From positions 64,001 through 128,000 of the forward strand of contig JBHIBG010000001.1 of the NCBI GenBank assembly GCA_046758965.1: a stretch of 64,000 nt of DNA. The letters run 5' to 3'. The position numbers and the translations under genes were made by a program. Source of the DNA: Candidatus Methylomirabilia bacterium (GTDB taxonomy: Bacteria; Methylomirabilota; Methylomirabilia; Rokubacteriales; CSP1-6). Of this stretch, positions 50,035 through 59,761 are shown piece after piece; position 1 is the stretch's first letter, and each line of letters opens with the position of its first letter. Below the pieces are notes generated by a model. It saw only the letters and a list, made by a program, of their open reading frames with translations. It was not told the DNA's origin and did no database searches.

Positions 50035-51831
50035 CTACTCCTCCTTCTCCTCCCACTTCCCGCCCATATTCTCCTCGTCGTATCCGTCGTGGCTTTTCTT
50101 CCTCCGCTGACGCTGCTTATGCTCCCGGAAGTCTTGGCTTTCGACGTCGGCAGCCAGGTCCTTTAGCGAAAGCCCGATCCGACGCTCGTTGGGCTCCACA
50201 CGGATGACCATCAGGGTAAGCACGTCACCCACGTTGACGATCTCTTCCGGGCGGTTGACCGGGCGCACGGACATCTGCGAGGCGTGCAGAAGCCCATCGA
50301 CTCCGGGCTCCAACTCCACGAAAGCCCCGTAGTCAGTCAGCCGCACGATCTTTCCCTCGACCCGAGACCCCATGGGGTAGCGCGAGGCTACCTGCTCCCA
50401 GGGGTCCGGCTGGGTCTGCTTGAAGCCCAGGGAGATCCGCTTGGCCTCCTTGTCCACGTGCAGGACCATCGTCTCGATGGTTTGGCCCTTCTTCAGGAGC
50501 TCCGAGGGATGTCCGATATTGCGGGCCCAGGACATGTCCGAGATGTGGAGAAGCCCATCCACCCCCGGCTCCAGCTCCACGAAAGAGCCGTAGTCGGTGA
50601 GGTTCCTGACCCGTCCCTGCACCCGCATCCCGGGAGCATACCGCTCGTCGATTGTCAGCCAGGGGTCGGGCTCCACCTGCTTCATCCCCAGCGAGATCCG
50701 TTTGGAGCCCTTGTTGACCTCGAGGACCATGACCTCCATCTGATCGCCGACGTTCAAGAGCTTCGACGGGTGTCGCACCCGCCGGGTCCACGACATCTCG
50801 GAGACGTGGACGAGCCCCTCGACGCCCGGCTCGAGCTCCACGAAAGCCCCGTAGTTGGTGAGGCTCACGACCCGCCCGGTGATCCTACGGTCCACAGGAT
50901 ACCTCTCCTCCACCGTCTCCCAAGGATCTCGGGTCTTCTGCTTGTATCCCAGCGAGACCCGACCGGTCTCCCGGTTGAAGTGGAGGACCATGACCTCGAC
51001 TTGATCCCCCACGTGCAATAGCTCGGACGGATGGCCGATGCGCCCCCAGGACATGTCGGTGACATGAAGGAGTCCGTCGATCCCACCCAGGTCGATAAAG
51101 GCGCCGTAGTCCGTGATGTTCTTGACCGTGCCGGAGAGCACCATGCCCTCCTTCAGAATGGCGAGGGTCCCCTTGCGCCGCTCGCCCCGCTCTTCCTCCA
51201 GCACGGCCCGGCGGGAGAGCACGACATTGCCGCGACGCCGATTGAGCTTGATCACCTTGGCGCGGATCGTCTGACCGAGAAGCGAGGCCAGGTTCTTCAC
51301 GGGGCGGAGGTCTACCTGCGAGCCGGGTAGGAAGGCTTTGACGCCCACATCCACTGAGAGACCTCCCTTGACAACCTCCACCACGCGCCCTTCGACGGGG
51401 CTTCCCTCCTCGTAGGCGCGCGCGATCGTATCCCACACCTTGATCTTGTCGGCTTTTTCCTTGGAGAGGACGACGAGGCCCTCGGCGTCCTCTTTGGCCT
51501 CCAGGTAAACCTCGATCTCCGCCCCTACCTCAGGGATCGCCCCGAGGCGGCGGAACTCCTCAATGGGGATCGTCCCTTCGCTCTTGTAGCCGACGTCTAC
51601 CAGGACCTCCGTGTCGCGCACCTGGACGACCCGGCCGCGAACGAGCTCTCCCTCCTCGACGTCCATAACCCACGTGCCGAGCCAGTCTTCCATGCGGTCC
51701 TCTGGTTCGCGCTGACGGTCAGAGGGTGCGGCCGGCTCTGCCACCTCCTTCCCGGGTTCCTTATCCTCGCCGGCACCGCTCGGGTTCCCCGCGAGGGTTC
51801 TTAACTTTTCCTCTTCTGGTGCCATCCCCAA
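50035..51831 (-). CDS. rpsA: 30S ribosomal protein S1
   Basis: Tandem S1 repeats (DVGYKSEG, AFLPGSQVD, YGAFIDLGGIDGLLH, YGAFVELEPG); AAGGAGG RBS before TTG. Confidence 0.96.
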   Translation of the reverse strand: MGMAPEEEKLRTLAGNPSGAGEDKEPGKEVAEPAAPSDRQREPEDRMEDWLGTWVMDVEEGELVRGRVVQVRDTEVLVDVGYKSEGTIPIEEFRRLGAIPEVGAEIEVYLEAKEDAEGLVVLSKEKADKIKVWDTIARAYEEGSPVEGRVVEVVKGGLSVDVGVKAFLPGSQVDLRPVKNLASLLGQTIRAKVIKLNRRRGNVVLSRRAVLEEERGERRKGTLAILKEGMVLSGTVKNITDYGAFIDLGGIDGLLHVTDMSWGRIGHPSELLHVGDQVEVMVLHFNRETGRVSLGYKQKTRDPWETVEERYPVDRRITGRVVSLTNYGAFVELEPGVEGLVHVSEMSWTRRVRHPSKLLNVGDQMEVMVLEVNKGSKRISLGMKQVEPDPWLTIDERYAPGMRVQGRVRNLTDYGSFVELEPGVDGLLHISDMSWARNIGHPSELLKKGQTIETMVLHVDKEAKRISLGFKQTQPDPWEQVASRYPMGSRVEGKIVRLTDYGAFVELEPGVDGLLHASQMSVRPVNRPEEIVNVGDVLTLMVIRVEPNERRIGLSLKDLAADVESQDFREHKQRQRRKKSHDGYDEENMGGKWEEKEE

Positions 51832-51922
51832 GTTTCCTCCTTCGTAGTTGCGCCCGGCAGAGCGGGACGCCGATTCTTCTCAGGCCTGGGCAGTCCAGTG
51901 TGCGCCCACCCGGCCTGTCGCT

Positions 51923-52594
51923 TCAACGTTTGTCACCGCTCGCGTGCCCCATCTCGACCGTGGAAAGTCCGGCGGTGCGAGCCCCGTCGGATTCCTGTCT
52001 GAGCCGCGCGATGGCGGTCATGATCGCGCGGCTCGTCTCTACGGCTCGCCCCCTTCGCCCGGCTCGGTCGCCGGCGGCGAAGGACAGGGGTGGGCCGAAG
52101 CTTACACGGATCTTCGCGGGCCGCGGGAGCCACCGGCCTCGAGGAAGCGCCTGGCCGCTCCCCGTGATCAAGGCCGGGACCACAGGCGCCCCGCTCAGCA
52201 TGGCCAACATCCCGGCGCCAGGTCGTGCCTCCCGCAGCACGCCCTCCTCGCCGCGTGTCCCTTCCGGAAAGATCAGGAGTGCTCCGCGATCTCCGAGGAT
52301 CCTGAGCGCGGTCCGGAGCGCCACCGGATCCGATCCATCCCGCCTCACCGGCCGGGCGTTCAGCCCATGAATGAGTCCGCCGAGGAGCGGGATCCTGAAT
52401 AGCTCTGCTTTGGCCAGGAAGTGGAGCTGCCGGGGCGAGGCACCACTCACAATGGGTGGGTCCAGAAAGCTCGAGTGGTTCGCCGCGATGAGCAGTGGGC
52501 CGGAAGACGGGATGTGCTCGACACCCCGGCTCTCCAGCCCGAACAGCCGGCGAAGCAGCCCCCGCGAGAGCCCGTTCACGACCTGGTAGAGCAC
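51923..52594 (-). CDS. plsC: 1-acyl-sn-glycerol-3-phosphate acyltransferase
   Basis: NHSSFLD, FLAKAELF, FPEGTR. Confidence 0.9.
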   Translation of the reverse strand: MLYQVVNGLSRGLLRRLFGLESRGVEHIPSSGPLLIAANHSSFLDPPIVSGASPRQLHFLAKAELFRIPLLGGLIHGLNARPVRRDGSDPVALRTALRILGDRGALLIFPEGTRGEEGVLREARPGAGMLAMLSGAPVVPALITGSGQALPRGRWLPRPAKIRVSFGPPLSFAAGDRAGRRGRAVETSRAIMTAIARLRQESDGARTAGLSTVEMGHASGDKR

Positions 52595-53298
52595 CGGAAC
52601 CGCTCCACTTCCGCGAGCATGTGCTGCACGACCTGGTTCACGGACAGGTTCGTCGAGTCGATGACCGTAGCACCCTCCGGGATGACGAGTGGCGCCAGCT
52701 CCCGACTCCAATCCTGGCGGTCTCGGGCGTCGAGCTCGGCCGTCACTTCGTCGAGCCCTCGTGGGGTCCCCCGGCCTTCGAGATCGCGCATTCGCCTGAG
52801 GACGCGGACCTCCTGCGAGGCGTCCAGGAAGAACTTCAAATCCGCTTCAGGGCAGACCACGCTCCCGGTGTCCCGTCCCTCCAGCACGACCCCACCGCCG
52901 CTCGCCAGCTCCCGTTGGATGGGCGTTGCTTTCTCCCTGACCGACGGCAACGTGGTGAGCCGAGAAGTGAGCGCTCCGATCTTTGGGGTGCGAATCTCAT
53001 CGCTGATGTCGCGGCCGTTGAGGAGGATCCGCCCATTTCTGAGCTCCAGCAGGCTCTCGGCGAGGAGAGTCCGGAGCTCGGGCCCCTCAGAGGGCTCGAC
53101 TCCTGCCTCGAGCGCTCTGAGGGCCAGGGCCCGGTACATGGCTCCAGTGTCAACCAGGCGGAACCCGAGCTGCCTGGCCAGCTCTCGGGCGGCCGTGCTC
53201 TTTCCCGCTCCCGCGGGGCCGTCAATCGTGATCACCGGCTCGCGCCGCGGCGGGCTTGCCGCCCCCTCCCGTTTCCCTCTCGGACGGCTCCCACTCAT
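52576..53298 (-). CDS. cmk: Cytidylate kinase
   Basis: ITIDGPAGAGKST, DTGAMYRA, EGRDTG, RD.QD.SR. Confidence 0.95.
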   Translation of the reverse strand: MSGSRPRGKREGAASPPRREPVITIDGPAGAGKSTAARELARQLGFRLVDTGAMYRALALRALEAGVEPSEGPELRTLLAESLLELRNGRILLNGRDISDEIRTPKIGALTSRLTTLPSVREKATPIQRELASGGGVVLEGRDTGSVVCPEADLKFFLDASQEVRVLRRMRDLEGRGTPRGLDEVTAELDARDRQDWSRELAPLVIPEGATVIDSTNLSVNQVVQHMLAEVERFRCSTRS

Positions 53299-54659
53299 GG
53301 TTCCACGGTGAGGCATGGCTCCCCCACCAGCGATAGGAGAGTCGGGAGAAACTCAGGGAAGGAGGTGGCGATCGGGCCGACGTCTTCGACTACTGTAGAC
53401 CCCTGGGCGACGAGCCCCGCCACCACCAGCGCCATGGCCATCCGGTGGTCACCGTGGCTGTGCACGCGGGCGCCTGTCAAAGGCTGCCTTCCTCGGATCA
53501 GAAACCCGCCCTCGCGCTCCTCGATGAGCACGCCCAGTTTCGCGAGCTCGGTGGCAATGACCCGGATCCGATCAGATTCCTTGACGCGGAGCTCCTTGGC
53601 ATCGGTGACCTCGGTCACTCCCTCGGCCATCGCGGCCGCCACAGCCAAGATCGGGAGTTCGTCAACGAGCCGGGGGATCAGCGGTCCCCCGACGCGCGCT
53701 CCGCGAAGCCGGCTCGAGGTCACGGTGAGCGTCGCGATCGGCTCGCCCTCGTCGCGGGCTGGCTCCCCCGAAGGCTTCAGCTGATGAAGCCCTAACTGCT
53801 GAGGATCGAGCTTCTGGTCGAATTCGATCCTCCCCCCCATCTCGCTCAGGATGTCGAGCAGACCTGTCCGCGTCGGGTTGACCCCGACCTCCCTGAGCAC
53901 CACCCGACTGTCGGGGATGAGGCAGCCGGCAACAATGAAGAACGCCGCCGAAGAGAAATCGCCGGGGATCTGGACGACCTGACCGCGGAGCTTGCGGCCG
54001 GGGGTGAGGGCCACGCGAGCACCCTCACGCTCAACCTGCGCCCCGAAGCGCGCCAGAATCAGCTCCGTGTGGTTCCGCGAAGCTGCCGGCTCCTCGACCG
54101 TGACGGGTCCGTCTGCCGCGAGTCCCGCCAGGAGCAGGGCGGATTTGGCCTGGGCTGAGGCCACAGGCAGGCGATGCGCGCATCCCCGGAGCGGGCGCCG
54201 TCCCCGAATCGCAAGCGGCAAGCGTGCTCCGCCCTGCCGACCGACCACTGTCGCTCCCATCCGAGCGAGCGGCTCTGTGACGCGCTCCATGGGGCGCCGC
54301 CGCAAGGAGTCGTCACCGGTCAGGACAGACGAAAACGGCTGTCCGGCAAGCATCCCGAGAAGAAGCCTGGCCGACGTCCCTGAGTTGCCGCAGTCGAGAA
54401 CTGACTCGGGCTCCTGAAGCCCGAGAAGCCCCACGCCTTCCACCCGGTAGTGGCCGGGGCCCTTCCGCGTGACTTCCACGCCGAGGGCCTCGAGGGCGCG
54501 GAGCGTGTTGAGGCAGTCCTCCGCTTCAAGAAATCGAGAGATCTCCGTCGGGCCCACCGCCAGGCTTCCGACGATCGCGGCCCGGTGGGAAATGGACTTG
54601 TCCCCCGGCAGCTGGATGGTCCCGTCAAGGCGGCGATGGGGCCGGACGACCACCCTCAT
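53295..54659 (-). CDS. aroA: EPSP synthase
   Basis: PGDKSISHR, CGNSGT, SLRRRPM, ASAQ.KS, NPTRTG, RVKESDR, GDHRMAM. Confidence 0.96.
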   Translation of the reverse strand: MRVVVRPHRRLDGTIQLPGDKSISHRAAIVGSLAVGPTEISRFLEAEDCLNTLRALEALGVEVTRKGPGHYRVEGVGLLGLQEPESVLDCGNSGTSARLLLGMLAGQPFSSVLTGDDSLRRRPMERVTEPLARMGATVVGRQGGARLPLAIRGRRPLRGCAHRLPVASAQAKSALLLAGLAADGPVTVEEPAASRNHTELILARFGAQVEREGARVALTPGRKLRGQVVQIPGDFSSAAFFIVAGCLIPDSRVVLREVGVNPTRTGLLDILSEMGGRIEFDQKLDPQQLGLHQLKPSGEPARDEGEPIATLTVTSSRLRGARVGGPLIPRLVDELPILAVAAAMAEGVTEVTDAKELRVKESDRIRVIATELAKLGVLIEEREGGFLIRGRQPLTGARVHSHGDHRMAMALVVAGLVAQGSTVVEDVGPIATSFPEFLPTLLSLVGEPCLTVEP

Positions 54660-55504
54660 CGGATCACCTCCCGGATCGCTCGGATTCGCGCAAGCTCCCG
54701 GTCCAGGCCGGTGGCGTCGCCCGCCGAGATCAGCTGCTCCAACCGCCCCAACGCGGCGCGGAACGCCGCCAGGGTCTCGGCCATCGCAGACCGGTTCGAG
54801 AGGAAGATCTCCCGCCAGAGCTGCGGCTCCGATGCCGCGATCCGCGTGGTGTCCTTGAACCCGCGGGCGGCGAACCCCATGGCCGCGGGCTCGACGCCGG
54901 CCACGGCGTCGACGAGCGCAAAGGCCAGGAGATGAGGCAGGTGGCTCACCGCCGCCACCACGCGGTCATGAAGATCAGGGTCAAGGGTTGCCACCCGCGC
55001 CCCCAGGGCTTCCCAGAAACCCCCGACGCATTTGACTGCTCTGGGATCCGTCAGCTCGGTCGGGGTGAGGATCACGGTCGCTCCGGCGAACAGATCGACC
55101 CGTGCGGCAGCGTACCCGCTCTTCTCGGAGCCCGCCATCGGATGGCCTCCGACAAAGGCTCGCGGGTGCGAGCGCCCGAGCCGCTCGGCAGTGCGGACGA
55201 TGGCGGCCTTGGTGCTCCCCACGTCGGTCAGGACAGCCTCCTGAGGGGCGAGCGTCCAGACCTCGGGCAGCAGGGCTTCGAGCGTTGCCACCGGCAGGGC
55301 GAGCAGAACAAAGTCTGCCCCGTCCACCCCGTCCGCGAGATCGGCCGTGGCGCGATCCACTATCCCGTCTCTCAGAGCCGGCGTCAGCCGATGGGCCCGG
55401 CGTCCTACGGCCACGATCTCACGCGCCAGCTCACGCTCGCGTGCGGCCTTGGCCACGGAGCCACCCAGGAGTCCCAACCCGACCACTACCAGCCGTTGGA
55501 TCAC
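54656..55504 (-). CDS. tyrA: Prephenate/arogenate dehydrogenase
   Basis: GLGLLGGS, TDVGSTK, HPMAGSE, HD...SHLPH, FKDTTRIA. Confidence 0.93.
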   Translation of the reverse strand: MIQRLVVVGLGLLGGSVAKAARERELAREIVAVGRRAHRLTPALRDGIVDRATADLADGVDGADFVLLALPVATLEALLPEVWTLAPQEAVLTDVGSTKAAIVRTAERLGRSHPRAFVGGHPMAGSEKSGYAAARVDLFAGATVILTPTELTDPRAVKCVGGFWEALGARVATLDPDLHDRVVAAVSHLPHLLAFALVDAVAGVEPAAMGFAARGFKDTTRIAASEPQLWREIFLSNRSAMAETLAAFRAALGRLEQLISAGDATGLDRELARIRAIREVIR

Positions 55505-56616
55505 GGGCGACGAACCTCCCCGACGACTTTCTTGAGGGCCTTGATGAGCCGGCGGTTCTCCTCGGGAGTTCCAACGGTGATCCGAAGCGCGGTCTCCATG
55601 CCGAAGCTGGTCATGGGTCGGACGATGACGCCCTCGGAGAGCAAGCGCTGGTAGACCTCGGCGGCGTCCCGACCGACGTCCACGAGGATGAAGTTCGCTC
55701 GGGAGGGGACATAGGAGAGCCCGAACGACGAGAACTCGTCGTAGAGGTAGGCCTTGCCCGCTTCGATGAGGCGCAGGCATTCGAGGGTGTGTGAATCGTC
55801 CTCGAGGGCGGCCAAAGCGGCGATCTGGGCCAGGGAGTTTGCGTTGAACGGCTGGCGGACCCGGTGGAGCAGGGCTATGGCGTCGCCATCCGCGATGGCG
55901 TATCCCACGCGAAGCCCGGCCAGGCTGGCGGCCTTCGAGAAGGTCCGGAGGATGAAGACCTTCCGGCCGTTGCGCAAGTAGCTCATCGAGTCGGGAAAGT
56001 CCGGACCTTGGGCGAACTCCCAGTAGGCTTCATCGAAGACCACGATGACCCGGTCGGGGATCCGCGCCACGAATGCGTCGACGTCCTCTTTCGTGACGAT
56101 CGTGGCGGTGGGGTTGTTCGGGTTGGCGATGAATACCAGTTTGGTGAGCGGCGTGATCGCCCGGGCCATGGCATCGAGGTCGAGCCGGTGGTCCTTCAGG
56201 GTGATGACCACGCGGATCCCGCCAGCGGCCTGCACGATCATGGGGTAGACCACGAACGAGGGATGAGGCACGACGGCTTCTTCGCCGGACCGGAGGAAGC
56301 CCCGGACGATCAGCTCGATCAGCTCGTTGGACCCGTTGCCGAGGATGATTTGCTCGGGATCCACGCGGTGGCGGTGAGCCAGAGCCCGCCGCAGGTAGTA
56401 GCCGCTCCCGTCCGGGTAGCGGTTGAGCTGGTGGAGCGCATTCGTGATCGCCTTTTGGACCCGCTCCGAGGGGGGAAGAGGGTTCTCGTTGGAGGCCAGC
56501 TTGATGGCGTCGGTGATTCCCAGCTCGCGTTCCAGCTCCCCGATCGGTTTCCCGGGCTCATATGGCGCGATGCCCAGGATGTGTTCGTTGGACAGGGACT
56601 CCCAAGAGATCGACAT
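55501..56616 (-). CDS. hisC: Histidinol-phosphate/aromatic aminotransferase
   Basis: KLASNENP, GNGSNE, ANPNNPT, DEAY, RTFSK..LAGLRVG. Confidence 0.93.
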   Translation of the reverse strand: MSISWESLSNEHILGIAPYEPGKPIGELERELGITDAIKLASNENPLPPSERVQKAITNALHQLNRYPDGSGYYLRRALAHRHRVDPEQIILGNGSNELIELIVRGFLRSGEEAVVPHPSFVVYPMIVQAAGGIRVVITLKDHRLDLDAMARAITPLTKLVFIANPNNPTATIVTKEDVDAFVARIPDRVIVVFDEAYWEFAQGPDFPDSMSYLRNGRKVFILRTFSKAASLAGLRVGYAIADGDAIALLHRVRQPFNANSLAQIAALAALEDDSHTLECLRLIEAGKAYLYDEFSSFGLSYVPSRANFILVDVGRDAAEVYQRLLSEGVIVRPMTSFGMETALRITVGTPEENRRLIKALKKVVGEVRRP

Positions 56617-56627
56617 GGGATGGCTCC

Positions 56628-57689
56628 TTAGGCGGCCGGGTACGATCCAAGGATCTTGATGAAGAGGCAGCGCTCCCGGATCTCCGCCAGAACGGCCTGG
56701 ACAGCTGGCATCTCCCGGTGCCCCTCGAAGTCCACGAAGAAGACGTACTCCCAGGGGCGCCGCTTGGTCGGCCGCGATTCGATCTTCGTCAGGTTGAGGC
56801 CGTGACGCGCAAAGGGCTCGAGGAACTTTGCGAGCGCTCCCACCTCGTGCTTGATGGAGCAGAGGATCGAGGTCTTGTCCTTCCCGGTGGGGGCCATCGC
56901 TCGCCGCCCCATTACCAGGAAGCGTGTCGAGTTGAACGGGTGGTCTTCGATCCGGCTCCGGAGCACCGGGAGGTTGTAGAGGCGGGCAGCCAGCTCGGAG
57001 GCGATGGCCCCGCTCGTCGGGTCATCGAGCGCGCTCTTGGCCGCCGCAGCGGTAGAGGGGACCTCCACCACGGAGACATCCGGCAGGTTGACCGCTAGCC
57101 ACTCGCGGCACTGCGCCAGGGCCTGGGGGTGCGAGCACACGCTCCGGATCTCGGCGACGTCGGAGGCACGGGAGAGCAGCTGGTGGCTGATGTCGAGCAG
57201 GACCTCACCGGTGATCACGAGATCCGAATCCATGAGCCGATCCAGTGTGACGTTGACCGAGCCCTCGGTGGAGTTCTCCACCGGAACGACGCCGAATAGA
57301 GCTTGCTCCCTCTCGACCTCCTCGAAGACTCCGCCGACACCCCTGCTGGGAACGAAGCGCGCAGAGAAGCCGAACCGAAGGACCGCCGCCTGGTGGGTGA
57401 AGGTGGCGGGCGGACCGAGGTAGGCAACGGCGATGGGCTGCTCGAGGGCGAGGGAGGCCGACAGGACTTCACGCCAGACTGCCTTGATCCCTTCTGGGGG
57501 AAAGGGACCGGAGTTCAGGCCCAGGAGGCGGCTGACAACCTCCGCCTCACGCTCAGGCACGTAGTAAGGGAGGTCCTGTTGGCGCTTCAGCTCTCCGATC
57601 CGGAGAGCCGCCGCCGCACGCTGGTTCAGGAGATCGAGGATCTGTTGGTCGAGCTCATTGATCCTGGAACGCCAATCGTCCAGGTCCAT
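56628..57689 (-). CDS. pheA: Chorismate mutase/prephenate dehydratase
   Basis: N-terminal CM domain, VPVENSTEG, SHPQALAQC, NSTRF, NLTKIESRP ACT domain. Confidence 0.95.
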   Translation of the reverse strand: MDLDDWRSRINELDQQILDLLNQRAAAALRIGELKRQQDLPYYVPEREAEVVSRLLGLNSGPFPPEGIKAVWREVLSASLALEQPIAVAYLGPPATFTHQAAVLRFGFSARFVPSRGVGGVFEEVEREQALFGVVPVENSTEGSVNVTLDRLMDSDLVITGEVLLDISHQLLSRASDVAEIRSVCSHPQALAQCREWLAVNLPDVSVVEVPSTAAAAKSALDDPTSGAIASELAARLYNLPVLRSRIEDHPFNSTRFLVMGRRAMAPTGKDKTSILCSIKHEVGALAKFLEPFARHGLNLTKIESRPTKRRPWEYVFFVDFEGHREMPAVQAVLAEIRERCLFIKILGSYPAA

Positions 57690-57730
57690 AGAAACTCCCG
57701 ACGACTACCGACTTTGCCTAAATCCGAGCC

Positions 57731-57759
57731 ATTATAGTGAATCCCGTTCCCCGGTGCAA
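57731..57759 (-). promoter_or_regulatory. Sigma-70 promoter for pheA inside the rluB 3' end
   Basis: TTGCAC-N17-TATAAT; the TAA of the -10 box is the rluB stop codon. Confidence 0.7.
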
Positions 57760-58484
57760 GCGTTCCCGGACCCGAGGACCGGCAGGCGGCGGAGCTCCCA
57801 GGAAGTGAGCGGTCGCGCCGCACCCGGGCTAAGACGGCCGAGGCGGAGAGGGCCGAACTGGACGCGACGCAGCCGGAGCACCCGGTGGCCGAGCGCTGCG
57901 CAGAAGCGCTTCACCTCGCGGTAGCGCCCCTCGCTGAACGTGAGGCTGAGCCAGCTCGTCACCCGCGTTCGGCGAAGCAGTCGAACAACGGCCGGTTTGG
58001 CCACCCCGTCCTCGAGGACCACACCCTGCCGGAACCGCGACAGATCGGCCGGCGTGAGCTGCCCCTCGACCTCCGCCTCATAGACCCGCCGGACCCTGAA
58101 TCGGGGGTGCAGCAGTCGCTGGGCTAGCCCCCCGTCGTTGGTGAGGAGCAGTACGCCTTCGGTGTCTCGGTCGAGGCGCCCCACCGGAAAGAGCCTGGCC
58201 TGCTCCCCCCGTACCAGATCCAAGACCACGGGACGCCTCTGCGGGTCACGCCGGCTGGTGAGGTAGCCGCGCGGCTTGTGAAGCAGGAGATACCGCTTCG
58301 GCTCCGAGGTCGGGATGGGATGGCCATCAACGAGGATCCGATCACGGTGTGGATCGGCGAGCCCCCCGGGGCTGGTCACCCGCGCTCCGTTGACGGTGAC
58401 CCGGCCCTCCCGGATGAGCCGCTCACTCCCCCGGCGCGAGGCGAGCCCCGCTTCCGCCAGGATCTTGTTCAGGCGCCTCTGCAA
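57732..58484 (-). CDS. rluB: RsuA/RluB-family pseudouridine synthase
   Basis: S4 domain RLNKILAEAGLASRR, HKPRG, VGRLD, LLTNDG, EGRYREVKR; TTG start is tentative. Confidence 0.88.
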   Translation of the reverse strand: MQRRLNKILAEAGLASRRGSERLIREGRVTVNGARVTSPGGLADPHRDRILVDGHPIPTSEPKRYLLLHKPRGYLTSRRDPQRRPVVLDLVRGEQARLFPVGRLDRDTEGVLLLTNDGGLAQRLLHPRFRVRRVYEAEVEGQLTPADLSRFRQGVVLEDGVAKPAVVRLLRRTRVTSWLSLTFSEGRYREVKRFCAALGHRVLRLRRVQFGPLRLGRLSPGAARPLTSWELRRLPVLGSGNACTGERDSL

Positions 58485-59013
58485 CGGCGGTCTGAGCGTC
58501 AGGCGGATTCCCTTCCGCCTGCGGCAGGTCAGCCAGGTCCCTGAGCCCAAAGGCGACCAGGAACTCCCGCGTGGTTTCGTAGAGGAATGGACGGCCCGGC
58601 GCGTCCTTGCGCCCGGCGATCCGGATCAACCGGCGATCGAGCAGGCTTTCGAGCACACCTTCTGAATTGACGCCTCGGGTCAGGTCAATTTCCGGTCGGG
58701 AGACCGGCTGCCGGTAGGCGACGATGGCCAGGGTTTCGAGGGCTGGACGGGAGAGCCGGGTTTTGGTCCGGCTCCGAGCGAGACGGACCAGCCAGGGGGC
58801 CAGCTCCGGCCGGGTGACCATCCTGAATCCCCCGCCCGCCTCTACGATCTGGAGTGATCCGCCCTCCGCCTCGTACCGCGACTGCAGCTGGTCCACGAGC
58901 GCGCGGGCGTCGCCCGCGCTCGGCAGCTCGAGCAGCTCCTGGATCCGCTCAGCTTCCACGGGGGTGTCTGAGGCGAACAGCAGCGCCTCGAGGATCTCGT
59001 TCGGGCTAGGCAT
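58423..59013 (-). CDS. scpB: SMC-Scp complex subunit ScpB
   Basis: LEALLFAS, LSRPALETLAIVAYRQP, RGVNS, GRPFLYETT..FL..FGL. Confidence 0.94.
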   Translation of the reverse strand: MPSPNEILEALLFASDTPVEAERIQELLELPSAGDARALVDQLQSRYEAEGGSLQIVEAGGGFRMVTRPELAPWLVRLARSRTKTRLSRPALETLAIVAYRQPVSRPEIDLTRGVNSEGVLESLLDRRLIRIAGRKDAPGRPFLYETTREFLVAFGLRDLADLPQAEGNPPDAQTAVAEAPEQDPGGSGARLAPGE

Positions 59014-59761
59014 GGTCAGGACGCTCCTCGTAGGCTCGCTCGATGACAATCTCTCCAAACAACTCCTGCTGCCGCGCGCGTGCCTGGCCCACCCGCACGA
59101 CCTCCAGGAGGGCCAGGAGGGTGACGCTAAGCTCGGACCGAGTCCGGCCGTCACCAACCAGGGAGGAGAAGAGGAGCGACCACGTGTGTCGAAGGAGGCT
59201 GACGATCTCGGCCATCCGCTCCAGCACCGAGGGGGGGTCGGGCCCCACCTCCTGGGGCCGGTCCCGCTCAGCGCGCTGTAGGAGCTTCTGATAGGCCTCC
59301 ACCAGGAGGTGAACGGAGAGATCCTCGAGCGGGATTTCCTCTGCCGCCGGGAGGCCGCTTGCCGGTCGGCCGAAGAGCCGGGACTGCGCCTCCTCCCGCT
59401 CGGCGAACCAGAGCCCGATCTCTTTGATGCGCGCGTACGCCCTGAGCCGCTCCTCGAGCTCCTGCCTCATGCGCTCCCCTTCCTCATCGAGCTGCTCGTC
59501 ATCGGATCCGGGAACCGGCAGAAGCAGTCTCGACTTGAGATACATGAGGGTGGCAGCCATGACCACGAAGGCGCCTGCGGCCTCGAGGTCCTGGAACTCA
59601 ATGGCCTCGAGATGGCTCACATACTGATCGGTGATGATGCGGATCGGCAGGCAGGCCAGGTCGATCTCGCTGGTCCGGCAGAGGTGGAGGAGGAGGTCGA
59701 GCGGCCCTTCGAAGGATTCGACCCGGACCGTAATGCCGCGGGGTTCAACCGCGGTGCTCAC
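59006..59761 (-). CDS. scpA: Segregation/condensation protein ScpA
   Basis: FEGPLDLLLHL, MAATLMYLKSRLLLP, LALLE...QQELFGEI. Confidence 0.94.
   Translation of the reverse strand: MSTAVEPRGITVRVESFEGPLDLLLHLCRTSEIDLACLPIRIITDQYVSHLEAIEFQDLEAAGAFVVMAATLMYLKSRLLLPVPGSDDEQLDEEGERMRQELEERLRAYARIKEIGLWFAEREEAQSRLFGRPASGLPAAEEIPLEDLSVHLLVEAYQKLLQRAERDRPQEVGPDPPSVLERMAEIVSLLRHTWSLLFSSLVGDGRTRSELSVTLLALLEVVRVGQARARQQELFGEIVIERAYEERPDHA

Noticed and set aside
50170..51100. Repeated sequence blocks in rpsA
   Set aside because: Explained by tandem S1 domains
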